From Spironucleus salmonicida (Eukaryota), in contig NC_090602.1 in NCBI RefSeq assembly GCF_000497125.1, positions 496,001 through 560,000 of the forward strand: a stretch of 64,000 nt of DNA, in the 5' to 3' direction. Both the position numbers and the translations under genes were made by a program. Under the pieces are notes generated by a model. The model saw only the letters and a list, made by a program, of their open reading frames with translations, ran no database searches and was not told where the DNA came from. This document shows, piece after piece, positions 53,310 to 64,000 of this stretch (positions within the stretch are counted from its first letter, which is position 1; each line of letters starts with the position of its first letter).

Positions 53310-56300
53310 CGGCTGGTCACCTTCGTCTCCGCTACGTAGTTTAGCAAAATTTTTGTAGCAAATTTGAATACAGTTTTTAGAAAATACGTTTCATGGAAGA
53401 TTAATTCGTAATACTCTATCTATACTAAGTATTATATACATATTTTGAAGCCGTAGTAAAGTCTCATCAGATTGTTCTCTATGAATAGCTATGATATTAT
53501 TAAAATATATCCACCAGCATATATATTTAATTATATACACATATAAACATCTTTCGGTATCTGAAAACTATTGAATCTCTTATTATGATGACTAAATAAC
53601 TGAAAAGATTTAAAGATTTTTAGTAAGTAGGTGTATTGTGTACATTAGTGCGAAAAGTATAATTTGATATTTAGGACTAGTAATTTTACAAGAAATTAAT
53701 TTTATCCACGAAGTACTGCACATTCATTTAGAATATTTGTATGTATCTGATTTACTACAAATCCTACTGTCTGTATTTATTTAAACCATAATTGCCTGTA
53801 AAAAACTATTCATAATAATCTAATACAGCCAAAAATAACTTGTTGTGTTAAAGTGCGATCGATTCATCAGCATTATAGATCATATTATAAATTGTTAATA
53901 ATTTTTCTACTCTTTGAGAATCCTAGTATTAAACCCGCGCTGCTCATGACGAATTTAAATTTAACATTCTGTATAAAATTTAAAATTTTGTGTTTTAGTC
54001 ACAATTCCTAGCGAGGACACTCTATTCTCTTGCTTACTGAATTTTTAGTAATGCTGCAAAGTCTTATCCCCATATAGAGGATTATCATATAATGTTAACT
54101 AATATAAGTTATACTAAATTTCTACATGTTAGCATTGTATCTAGAGTAACTAATTAATCTACAAATAAATGGCTAATACTAAGTATCACAGAAATTAGCA
54201 CATATCCATAATGGTAGCTCGAAGTAAATTTATCATTCTATTAAGTACTAACAGAATTCTTAATGGTCATATAGATGAATTTAGAAATTATATATAGCAT
54301 GTCGGCAAGCTACTGAACCATATTTACTATCTAAAGTATATAGCCGTTAATTTCGTCAGCAGGCGTAGATTTTTACAAGAACTTACAATATAATATATAG
54401 TTGGTTTATAATATCGTTTAGTACTATTTGATCACTATAGAAATATCAATATTAAGTTAAATTACCGTGTTTATTTTAAAATAAATATGTTATCAGTATT
54501 TTCACGGTGCAGTCAAGCTTTATAACAAAAGTATTGATATAAATATTTCATGTGTAGGCATTAACGCACATTCACTTTGATAAATATATTGTAAATAAAT
54601 TTCAGTTACTCAATTTCCGCATACTAAAATATTCTTTGTCATCTTTATAAAGTTTCTATTTTAGAGCTTATACTAAAAAATTTATCCTATTTCCATGATT
54701 AACTATCATTTGTTATATTTTAGTTATTATAATGCTAAAGGATGAGTATTGTCTATATATGGAAACCAACAACAATCTCTATATATAGCTAATGACTAAA
54801 GCATTTATTTTAATCTGCACACCAAGTTATATGCTAGATTATGTTACTTATTCAAAGGCTAGAAGTTGATCTTCTTTATTCCGGAAGCTCAAAATCAAGG
54901 TAAATGATATTTTAGTTGTTTTCGTCAAAGTTGCTGCAAAATTTGGATTTGATAGAATATTATATTAAATGAAAAGCAAGTTAAGACTAAGTTAATGCTA
55001 ATTAGTTATCGTTATAATTAACTAAGTAAAATATAAATAAATAGATAAGTAAAAGTATAACCAAAGTGTTAACATTAATTGATATTTTCTCTGACACAAA
55101 CTATTACAATTCTCAATCACGAAAAATTGAATCAATTGTATGGCATACTTACAACTCCTAAATTAATTAATCCACTTATACATAAATAATTATTAGCTAA
55201 TTATGATAATACAGGATTTTTGAAATAATTTAACCAGAATAGTTATTAAGATTTATATCCTCTTTGCCTTAACTATACGATAAATTTTTGAGGTTGGTTT
55301 TTGATTTTCACTATAGTGAGAGATAAAGCTAAAGATAAACCATAAGATGTAAAATTATTAATAGACTAATGATTTGGAATCAGGTTAGTAATTAAGCTAT
55401 TTTAATAGCAAATATATATAAATTATATCCTGTCTGTAAACTTGACTTTGTCATCATCCCATTTACCGCTTATGCCAAACTAATAATTACCTTGTACATT
55501 CACATAGCGAGATTTCTATTGATTTAGAAACTAATTTAACTCTTGGTATTTATCGATATGACTGTAGCAATTAGGAGCTATATAAGAACAGTAATTAAAT
55601 ATTCAATATTTTACGCTTAGTTTGTTCATTTTATTCTCTCATATTATATAATACGTAATATCGCGACCCGTTAAAGTCTTAAATATATAATTGCACGTAT
55701 TTCAGCAAAATTTTTACAAAAACTGCAGAATAAAAATATTAACTGGTACTTTATTTAACTCTAAATATGTATGAATAAGTACAATACTACGTTGCTTATA
55801 ATGCATATAAATTTACTTATTCTCTGAATCTGCTACAGTTTATGCGTGTAATTAACCTAACCTAATAAGCTAGCCCCGATGCAGACTGTCATTTCAGAAC
55901 TATCGTCATTCTGGTGTAACTTTTTGAATTTATGATAGAATCCATCCATTTTTCTTAATATTATTACTCTGGTATTTTGAGTATGCGCGTTGCTTATAGC
56001 AGAATTATATTTGAAACATTTTTTAATAATATTTTATTAACTTTGAACAGCTTAATCATTACGGAATATTAAATAAACAACTCAACTCTGAGATTACGTT
56101 AGAACTTTATCCAAAGGGCGAACCTCTGGGTGTTTAGCGAGTAAGTCCCTCACTCGAGGAGGTGGGCTAGGGGTCTCGAAAGATGATATTTTATAGTGAA
56201 AGATATGTTTGAGCTTTCACTAACCTCAGTTCAGTATGTAAATTCGTAGTAGTTATTCACTGATATTGAAAGATATGAATTCTTTTTTAAGTTAAGTAAT

Positions 56301-56553
56301 AGTTTTTTGAAAAAAATTATATATCAAATATACGAATTTTTATATAAATTCTAAGTAACCCAATTTATTTGATTAAAATAAGTTTTTACAAATCAAAAGT
56401 ATACTATATTTAGCAACGTTATTTTTAAATGCAAAACGAAAGCAATAAATAATATCTCATATAATAAATAATTCATAGAATCATCGAATTGCTTTTACAA
56501 AAAAATCGTTAAAATAATAATATAATTCATTAATTATAATTCATGACTTAAAA

Positions 56554-58107
56554 ATGCTTGCCCAATTGCTCTATTTAACATGTTTCTAGCAAACAGCCCA
56601 AATAATAGGATATCAGTAGCAAACGGTCTTATATCTGCATCTATCTCAAGCAGAAAATGCTCCAGCGTTGTGTAAAGCCTCTGAAGGAACCTAGTCTATC
56701 GCAATAATTCACTACGGATCAAAGTCGATAGAAAACTAGTTTTTATACAAAGAATAGACCGATATAGCAATCGAATTCGACTTGCATGGAGACAGCACTA
56801 AGTTCATGGAGGTATTCGACAATTTAATAATCTAGTATGAAGTAAAACTCGCATTGTCACTTCAAGTAAAGGGGCCAGTATAAAATATAACATTGATAAA
56901 ATTGAATATTTCCAACTGCTGGCAAAATATAGAACTCATATATTAGAGAATTCCAGGATAGGAATTCATCGAAATGAGTGGTATGCCAATACTCTGTACT
57001 ATTATAGATCCAAAGGTTTAATTTCAATACTAAGTAAATGGAGAATGGTAAACTTTAGATATTTTAGGCAGCAAAGAAGGAAACGGATATTACGACTCAA
57101 CAATTCCATATGTATATTCAGATGTTTTATTCTATAAGCAAAGCTTAAATGATCTGATCGATGATAAATAAAAAGAAATATTATAAGAGTTTTTTATTAA
57201 TTTTCAACGTAACCGAACCATTTAAACTAGATTTTTATTCACCACAAATGATTATAATGTCATTGCCATAATTTCTAGAATCGAAAGTTAAAATTTTGAT
57301 TGTATTTTGAATCTCAATCCTTCAGGATTTCTAACTTCAAGATATATTGATATTGGAATGGATAATAAAGATTTTAGTTCTAGTACAAAGTGTGTTAGTA
57401 ATGCAACAACGATTTAATCTTCATGTTGTGTTATAACATAAATAGGTATTTTTTGTGGTATCGGTATTAATGATTCTCTTGAAGATTTTTCAGCTAGAAA
57501 TGGATTTGTATTTAATTTTTTAAGTAATCTATAAGATTTTCATAAAATACTAGATGCTTAGGTTGTATTGTATATAACAGCATATGATATTAATGGAGAT
57601 TTGATATTAGAAAGTAGCTATTAAAATCAAGTTATAACGAGTTGTATTGATTTTATTGACATATCATTGAGCCAGATTGATGGTGGTTGTGCTGCCTTAA
57701 ATTACTACAACACTGATAAATGTTTGAATAGAGAACCTCAATAGTATAATTTAACTTTCACATCATAGCTAAATGGGTCTGCTTCACGAACAACTTTTTT
57801 TTCTTACATGATCATGTTTAATCCAAGTACTATAATAACAAAGAAATGCAGTAAAGTACTAACATAACGTGTTATGGGATAAAATTCTACACTTCCATTA
57901 AATAGACGTTACAATGCATATAGGGCAATAGCAGTTACTGAAAATGGGCTATATATTGCCCTTTCGGATGACAGCGAATTTATTAACTGGGATCGTTGTA
58001 ACCTAGGTATTAGTAGAACGTTTTTACTGTATTTTGCATTAATTTGCACAGTTATATTTATATCTATTATTATAATAGTATTATATCAAGTAAAATAATT
58101 ACAATGA
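56554..58107 (+). CDS. Single-pass membrane protein, 517 aa; paralog of 21822-23375
   Basis: MLAQLLYLTCF, LNPSGFLTSRYIDIGMDNKDF, FINWDRCNL followed by a TM segment. Confidence 0.8.
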
Positions 58108-59105
58108 TGTGATTCTTTATGATTACTCACTATAATTGATCAATCTCCTTATATAATGCAAGCAATTATCGTTATAATTATTATTTATATGCAACAATAG
58201 ACATTTATAATGCATCTGCATTATAAATATACTAAGCAGGATGCTGATAAATGAATAATACTTTCTTTAACTCTTTTGTTTTTAAGTAAATATCTTTATT
58301 CATTTCAATTTCAGTATATTAATCTAAATATATGATTTTATTATATAATATGTTAATTAAATAATTTTATTTTTTCATTTCTGTTATATAGGGATTTTTA
58401 TTACAAGATCTACAAACATTAAAATTACGTCACTGAATGATCGTATTAATATTAGAAATATCAATGTATTGCGAAATATCGAAAAGCAAACAAAATGCGG
58501 TTTTTTTTCACATCGAACTTGATAAATCCAGTTTATTTAAACTCTAGTTGTACATATACAATTTATATTACAGTCTTTGATTTATTGATATTAAACTACT
58601 TTTACAATTTTTATTGGATATAAATGTTAATAATAGAGAAAGTAAACTGACCATCTATGTTATTGAAAGTACAATTAAATATCAATAATACTGACTTATT
58701 AAAGTTCAATAAGTAATTACTATATTTTTTTCTAACAATGTATAATAAGTATCTTTGAAATTGGAAACAGGTTGAAACTTAAATACGTTAATATTAAAAT
58801 TCACTAAATATTGTGATCAATAATGTCATCAGATTCATAATCATCGCTTTGGGATTTATAGCTTTCAAGGTCTTCATAGCTAATTAGCTCAGTTTATGAT
58901 ATAGGTACAAACTGTTCAGTTGTAAAAATAATTTCCATTATGTGGAAAGGTTAAACCTCAAATGATTAGGGAGTTAAGTTTAATAATACCAAAAGCACAT
59001 ATGACTAATTCTAAATATATTATGCATTAATTAATAAATACATATTAAATTATTAATTTAATAACCGTTTCTATTTCTATTTTATTATTATACTGAAATA
59101 ATTCC

Positions 59106-62100
59106 TCAATCTACTTTAAATCTCATCAAAACACCCATCGCTAGCATCTCTTAACTTAGCAATTTAGCTGCATATGGCATTTTTACAACCCTAACATCAG
59201 TGCCATCTTAACACGTTTAGCACCACCCTTTATAACCTAGTACTCCACACTTTTTGCAAATATACGCGCTATATTCATCGCTGGCATACCCCATTCTTTC
59301 GTTCAACAATGCGCTAGTTCCGTACGCAATAAAACAATCTTTCTCCATCTCCCCAAGCCGTAAGCCACCGTCTTTGCTTCTTCCTTCAAGCGGTTGCCTA
59401 GTTAAGAAAGAGACTGGACCTGTAGATCTTGCATGCATTTTGTCGTTGACCATATGCTTGAGGCGCTGATAAAATATAGGGCCTTCAAATACGTAACTTC
59501 TGCATGGAAGTCCGGAAATTCCACTCATTAGAAGATCTTTTCCTACATAGTTAAACCCATGCGCGAGTAGATCTTGACAAACTTCTGATAATGCTGCATT
59601 TTTAAAGATCGTACCGTCCGCAGCACAGCCTTAAAGAACTGAAGCCTTTCCTGATAATAACTCAAGTTACTTTCCCATAGTCATTCTAGATGGAAAACCA
59701 TGAGGATTCATAATCATATCCGGCACAATGCCAGTCACTGGAGAAAATGGCATATCGGATTAATTTACGATTAAACCTACGGTACCTTTCTGACCATGCC
59801 TAGATGAAAATTTATCTCCGTAATACGGTAAACGATATTCTCTTATAATGGTTTTAACAATAGTTTTATTACCCGTAATTGAAGGAGATGATGCAATTAA
59901 AACTTTATCAACAACTCCGTGAGCTTCTCTCTAGAATTTTGCAGTTGCTGGAACATGTTACTCTCCGATAGTCTTATTCACTAATATATCCCCATCTTCA
60001 ATTTTTGTGTTTAATCGAGTTAGCCCATCTGAATCTAATGCATGAAAATTCTTAAAAGTTTATGATAATCTATATTTGTCCGGATTTTTAAAATATTCAC
60101 CAGTTTATTTAAATGGATCAGAATGCGAAATATGAGTCTATACATCATTGTAAAATTCGGGAGTATGAATCATTTTATTAGCATGCTTCTCTTAATCCAT
60201 ATTTTCAGGCAAACCAACTAATTATTCATTACCTTCCATATCAGTCTCATTACATTTATAAACCATACATCTTCCAAATCCTCTGTCTACAGAACTTCTG
60301 CTCATGATGAGGGCATCTTCTATATCATAACCTGAAAAACTGGTAACTGCTACTATAGCATTTTATCCAGCGGGCATTTCCATATAATGGGTACTATATC
60401 TAGTAAACTTACTTGATACTAAGGGTTTTTATGGATAACTTAGTTCAAATAATAATGTATCAAATCTATTTCTAATATTTAAGCATGGCATTCCGATAGC
60501 CTGCTTTCCCATGGCACATTAAAATACATTTCTAGGGGATTAATTATGATGGGGAAAAGGAACTAATGAAGCTACGACACCATAAACAGCTAGACAGTCT
60601 ATCTCAATGTGAGTACATTTTTTGAACTTCAAATCGCTAATGTAAAAGCCAATATCACAATTTGCGGCTTCAGAAACATCAATTAATTCAATTTTACCAG
60701 TTTTAATTAAATCTTTAACTGACAGTTCCCCATTAACAACTTAATCAATATCATTTTAGGTGATTTTTACTTAATTTGTTTTCTAATCTACTACAATTAA
60801 TGGTCTACAAGCACGACCAGAATCACAGCAAACATTAACACACTAGCTTAATGAATCATATGCAACAGATGTCATTTATGATATTTTCCCCATTCGGCGT
60901 AACTTCCTAAGTTATTAAATTAAAAATTCTGGATGGGAGTGAATCCCTACAACTTCTCCATTCAAATTAATTTAAGTAAGTTTTGAGCTTGAAAAATCTA
61001 TAAAATTTATATCCTCAAGTCCTAAAGCATTTAATACTCTTTAAAGAATATTTATATCCTAATCTGTAGAAATTTCAGCTAATGCAGCTAAATTTTTTAC
61101 CAAACCTACACTTTCACCTTCAGGTGTATCAGAAGGACAACAGATACCATACTATGAAGTATTAAGCATTCTAGGACCTGTTGCCTTTAAATCTTTATCA
61201 AATGTTGAAGTGAGACGAGTCATTTGACCTAAACATGATATATAAGATAATCTTGCAACTACCTAGCTCGATCCTACTCTGGTATACTTAAACCTATCTA
61301 ACGTAACGTTACCTGATGATATAGCTTACGAAAATGATATAGTTATTTTCTTACTATCAATAAATTCAATAATGCGTTTTGGATCAATTTCCCGACCTTT
61401 TTTATAGAAATCATCAATTCTTTTGCTTAATTACTATGTCATATTTCTAAAAGAATCTTCAAAAATTAGTTCGAAAAGTTAACCTGCGAGTTCAATTCTT
61501 TTATTTCCATAAAAATCTCTATCTGTTGGTAATTAAACTCCAGCTTTACACAATATTATTCTACGTACCATTTCAGCAAGAAATACTAACTTGGGTTTGA
61601 AATTATATTCCTAACGTAATTAATTTTCGACTTTAACCTCTTTTTCTATTTTCTACTATCCATTAATAGCAAATTTTGACTCAGTTTAGACTTATTTCTT
61701 AGCATCAAAGCCAGTATTACTATAACCTATGTTTTCAACATTAACATTTATATGGCATATAAAGTTAATGGCAAGAGCCTCTAATACATCAATTATAGGA
61801 GATTTTCTAGCAGTTTTTTCAGAATGTTTAAAAATATATATAAGCGCCTATTTCTATGTGAAAATTAATAATTCTTAAGCTTCAAAAATAGTTTATTATA
61901 AATATTCCTAAAAAAGACTGTCAACACCTATCAATTACATTATCTCTTGGTCTGATTCTACCCCCATTGCCCTCATAACAATAACCAAATTTACAGGTTT
62001 TTTACCAAAGACACTGCTTTAACAGCTTAACATTTTATTGTTTAAAATTACTTCAATTTTACTTTTTCGTTCTCTAGAATTACTAGCAACTCCAGCTGCC

Positions 62101-62615
62101 AAGATCCCATTTCTTTAAACAATTATGACTCTATTCGCTGCAGTCTATTCGTACATTAAAACAACTCTTTCGGTACCATTAGTGATAAAATAACCCCCTG
62201 GGTCATAAAAATCTTCACCGTAAGAAAATTGTTCATTAATAGAAGCGTTACTTAAAACACATCGTGAAGATCTTAACATTATTGGAAGTTATCCAATTAA
62301 TACTTCTTAAATAATATTTAGCTATTAAGATTTGATTCGGATCTTAGCGAAAATTGGAGCAGAGTATGTTGATTTTCTAAGCCTACATTCTTAAGGAGTC
62401 AATGGTCTGTTAGACTCAGTTGGGATTGAGGGTGATTTAACTGATATGTTTTCAAAAGAAATTTAAAGTTTATTTGTTTTTAGTGCTACAATAGAGTGAT
62501 TTCTAACAATTTACTTAATTGTAGTATCACAAAATGTATTAAATGAATCTAAATGATGTCTTACAAGTGAATTTTCATTAACATAATTAGTTACTAGCCT
62601 AAACTAGTTTTTCAT
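59106..62615 (-). CDS. RPC2: DNA-directed RNA polymerase III second-largest subunit, 1169 aa
   Basis: [84 protein letters not shown] and [10 protein letters not shown] favour RPC2 over RPB2. Confidence 0.92.
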
Positions 62616-63078
62616 TTTTGAAAAGGGATAGGGAGTGGAATATAAAATATATAATTTTATATCTTATAGAAAAATGAGTTGCGAAATAATAAGGGAGTAT
62701 GTATCTTTTATTGATAATTATAATCTTTCAAATATTATTTGATATTCATTTTAAACATAAGCAAATAAGATTCAACTATATAATGATATAAATTGATATA
62801 ATAAATTTATAAACATATATATATGATTATGTATAATTCACGTTTTAAATTATTGATTGTATATACCTTAACTTATAACCAAATAAACATACGGCTTACT
62901 ATTTGAACGGTGACGTTTAACTAATTGCAGATAAATAATCAAAGAAGGACAGTAAAATATTTACATATCACAGTGTTATCATAGTTAATATTCATAATAT
63001 CAAAATATATTTTCATTCTAGACTGCACATAACTATCTCAATTAATATCTTATTCGATTCACTTCTAACTATCCTGCT

Positions 63079-63600
63079 TCATTTAGCTAATCGCAATCTC
63101 TACTTTACAATCTCATCTGCATTTTCCCCAAGTGCTATCTGCAACTCAGCAGAAAGTTTACCCTGCTTAACATCCCGAATTGGTTCAATCCACCCTCCAT
63201 TCCAGCAATCTCCGATTTCGAAAAATTATACTTTTTATATACTAACTTAGTCTATTTATGCAATATTATTTCTGCTATTTATTATATCTCCAAAATCTAA
63301 AATTTATTTTCGCGTTTTTTCGTCGAAAAACGTCTGCGGCTCACGGATAAGCTTCTGTGATAGGAACTTGTCGGGATGCACAAAATTGGTCTTAAGAAGA
63401 ACTGTATTTGGTTTTGAAACGAGTTCGGCATAAAATAGCGGGTCTGGGCCTACTAAATCATGCTGAGTTAGCCGCTGCGGAAAAGAGCATTTTTTCTTCA
63501 AATTTCGTAGCTCAATTGGATCTGCTTTGGTTTCTGTAGTCTTCTGGATCGGCTCTGATGTGCGGCGTAAGAAATTGGTAAAAACATCAGAAAAAGACAT
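63079..63600 (-). CDS. Hypothetical protein, 173 aa
   Basis: The listed 98-aa ORF reads through TAA (Gln) to TGA at 63079; an AGTGA lies ~16 nt downstream. Confidence 0.65.
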
Positions 63601-64000
63601 TTTTATATATAAAAAATAAATATATAATAAATATTTTTATTTTATATGGACAAGTATTACAAAATAATAAAGTGTCGGCATGGGGAGTGAAGGAGATTAT
63701 TGCATGTTTATGCAATGTAGTGATTAAAGTTATTTAGTTCATGCCTACTACACCTCAATTAAATTCAAGTAATAACTAACTCGGAGCTTCGTGATGTTAA
63801 ATATGGCATTCGTTGAGCTGGGAGTCTATACTGGCAGGTAGGGTATCGTCAAATCCGGGATAAATATGACCAAGTACTGACGTAATGACTTGGTTGTGCA
63901 ATGTTATTAGAAATACTACATTTTGCCTGATGTGATTGTGCATGATTATAATATGTATTGCTAAAATGGACATGGACATCCGCAGGCAATTCCTCCCGGA

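Larger units (their letters stand above)
52190..56182 (-). repeat. Inverted repeat 2 (palindrome), right arm, 3993 bp
   Basis: Reverse complement of 48026-52018; 171-bp AT-rich spacer at 52019-52189. Confidence 0.95.

Noticed and set aside
48026-56182. Palindrome as a foldback transposon
   Set aside because: No transposase, no target-site duplication and no internal subrepeats seen.
63640-64000. GC-elevated sequence at the window end
   Set aside because: No consistent frame or motif, and truncated by the window edge.
1-64000. Prokaryotic or phage systems, CRISPR arrays, tRNA/rRNA genes
   Set aside because: Gene content is eukaryotic; no direct-repeat array or structural RNA was recognised by eye.

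Overview
AT-rich, gene-dense, apparently intronless eukaryotic DNA from a hexamitid diplomonad, most consistent with Spironucleus (S. salmonicida-like). TAA/TAG read as Gln and TGA is the only stop (translation table 6), so the supplied standard-code ORF track fragments most genes. Many stops sit inside an AGTGA signal. Recognisable genes: ribokinase, TTC25/ODAD4, a DnaJ protein, a Ser/Thr kinase, a Myb protein, RNA polymerase III subunit RPC2, two cysteine-rich membrane proteins (one with two in-frame TGAs), two Serinc paralogs, two PI31-like copies, two rubrerythrin copies, a nitrilase-family protein and several hypotheticals. Most notable: (i) a cluster of two ~2000-aa paralogs plus a third C-terminal fragment that look like CHD3/4-type chromatin remodellers retaining chromodomain and SANT/SLIDE-like parts but with no recognisable ATPase motifs; (ii) a Pex22-like HAD-fold gene in a GC-rich island; (iii) a 928-bp inverted repeat homogenising two Serinc 3' ends and duplicating PI31; (iv) a ~4-kb-arm near-perfect palindrome carrying head-to-head rubrerythrin genes. 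All translations and family assignments were done by eye against remembered motifs, not by database search.
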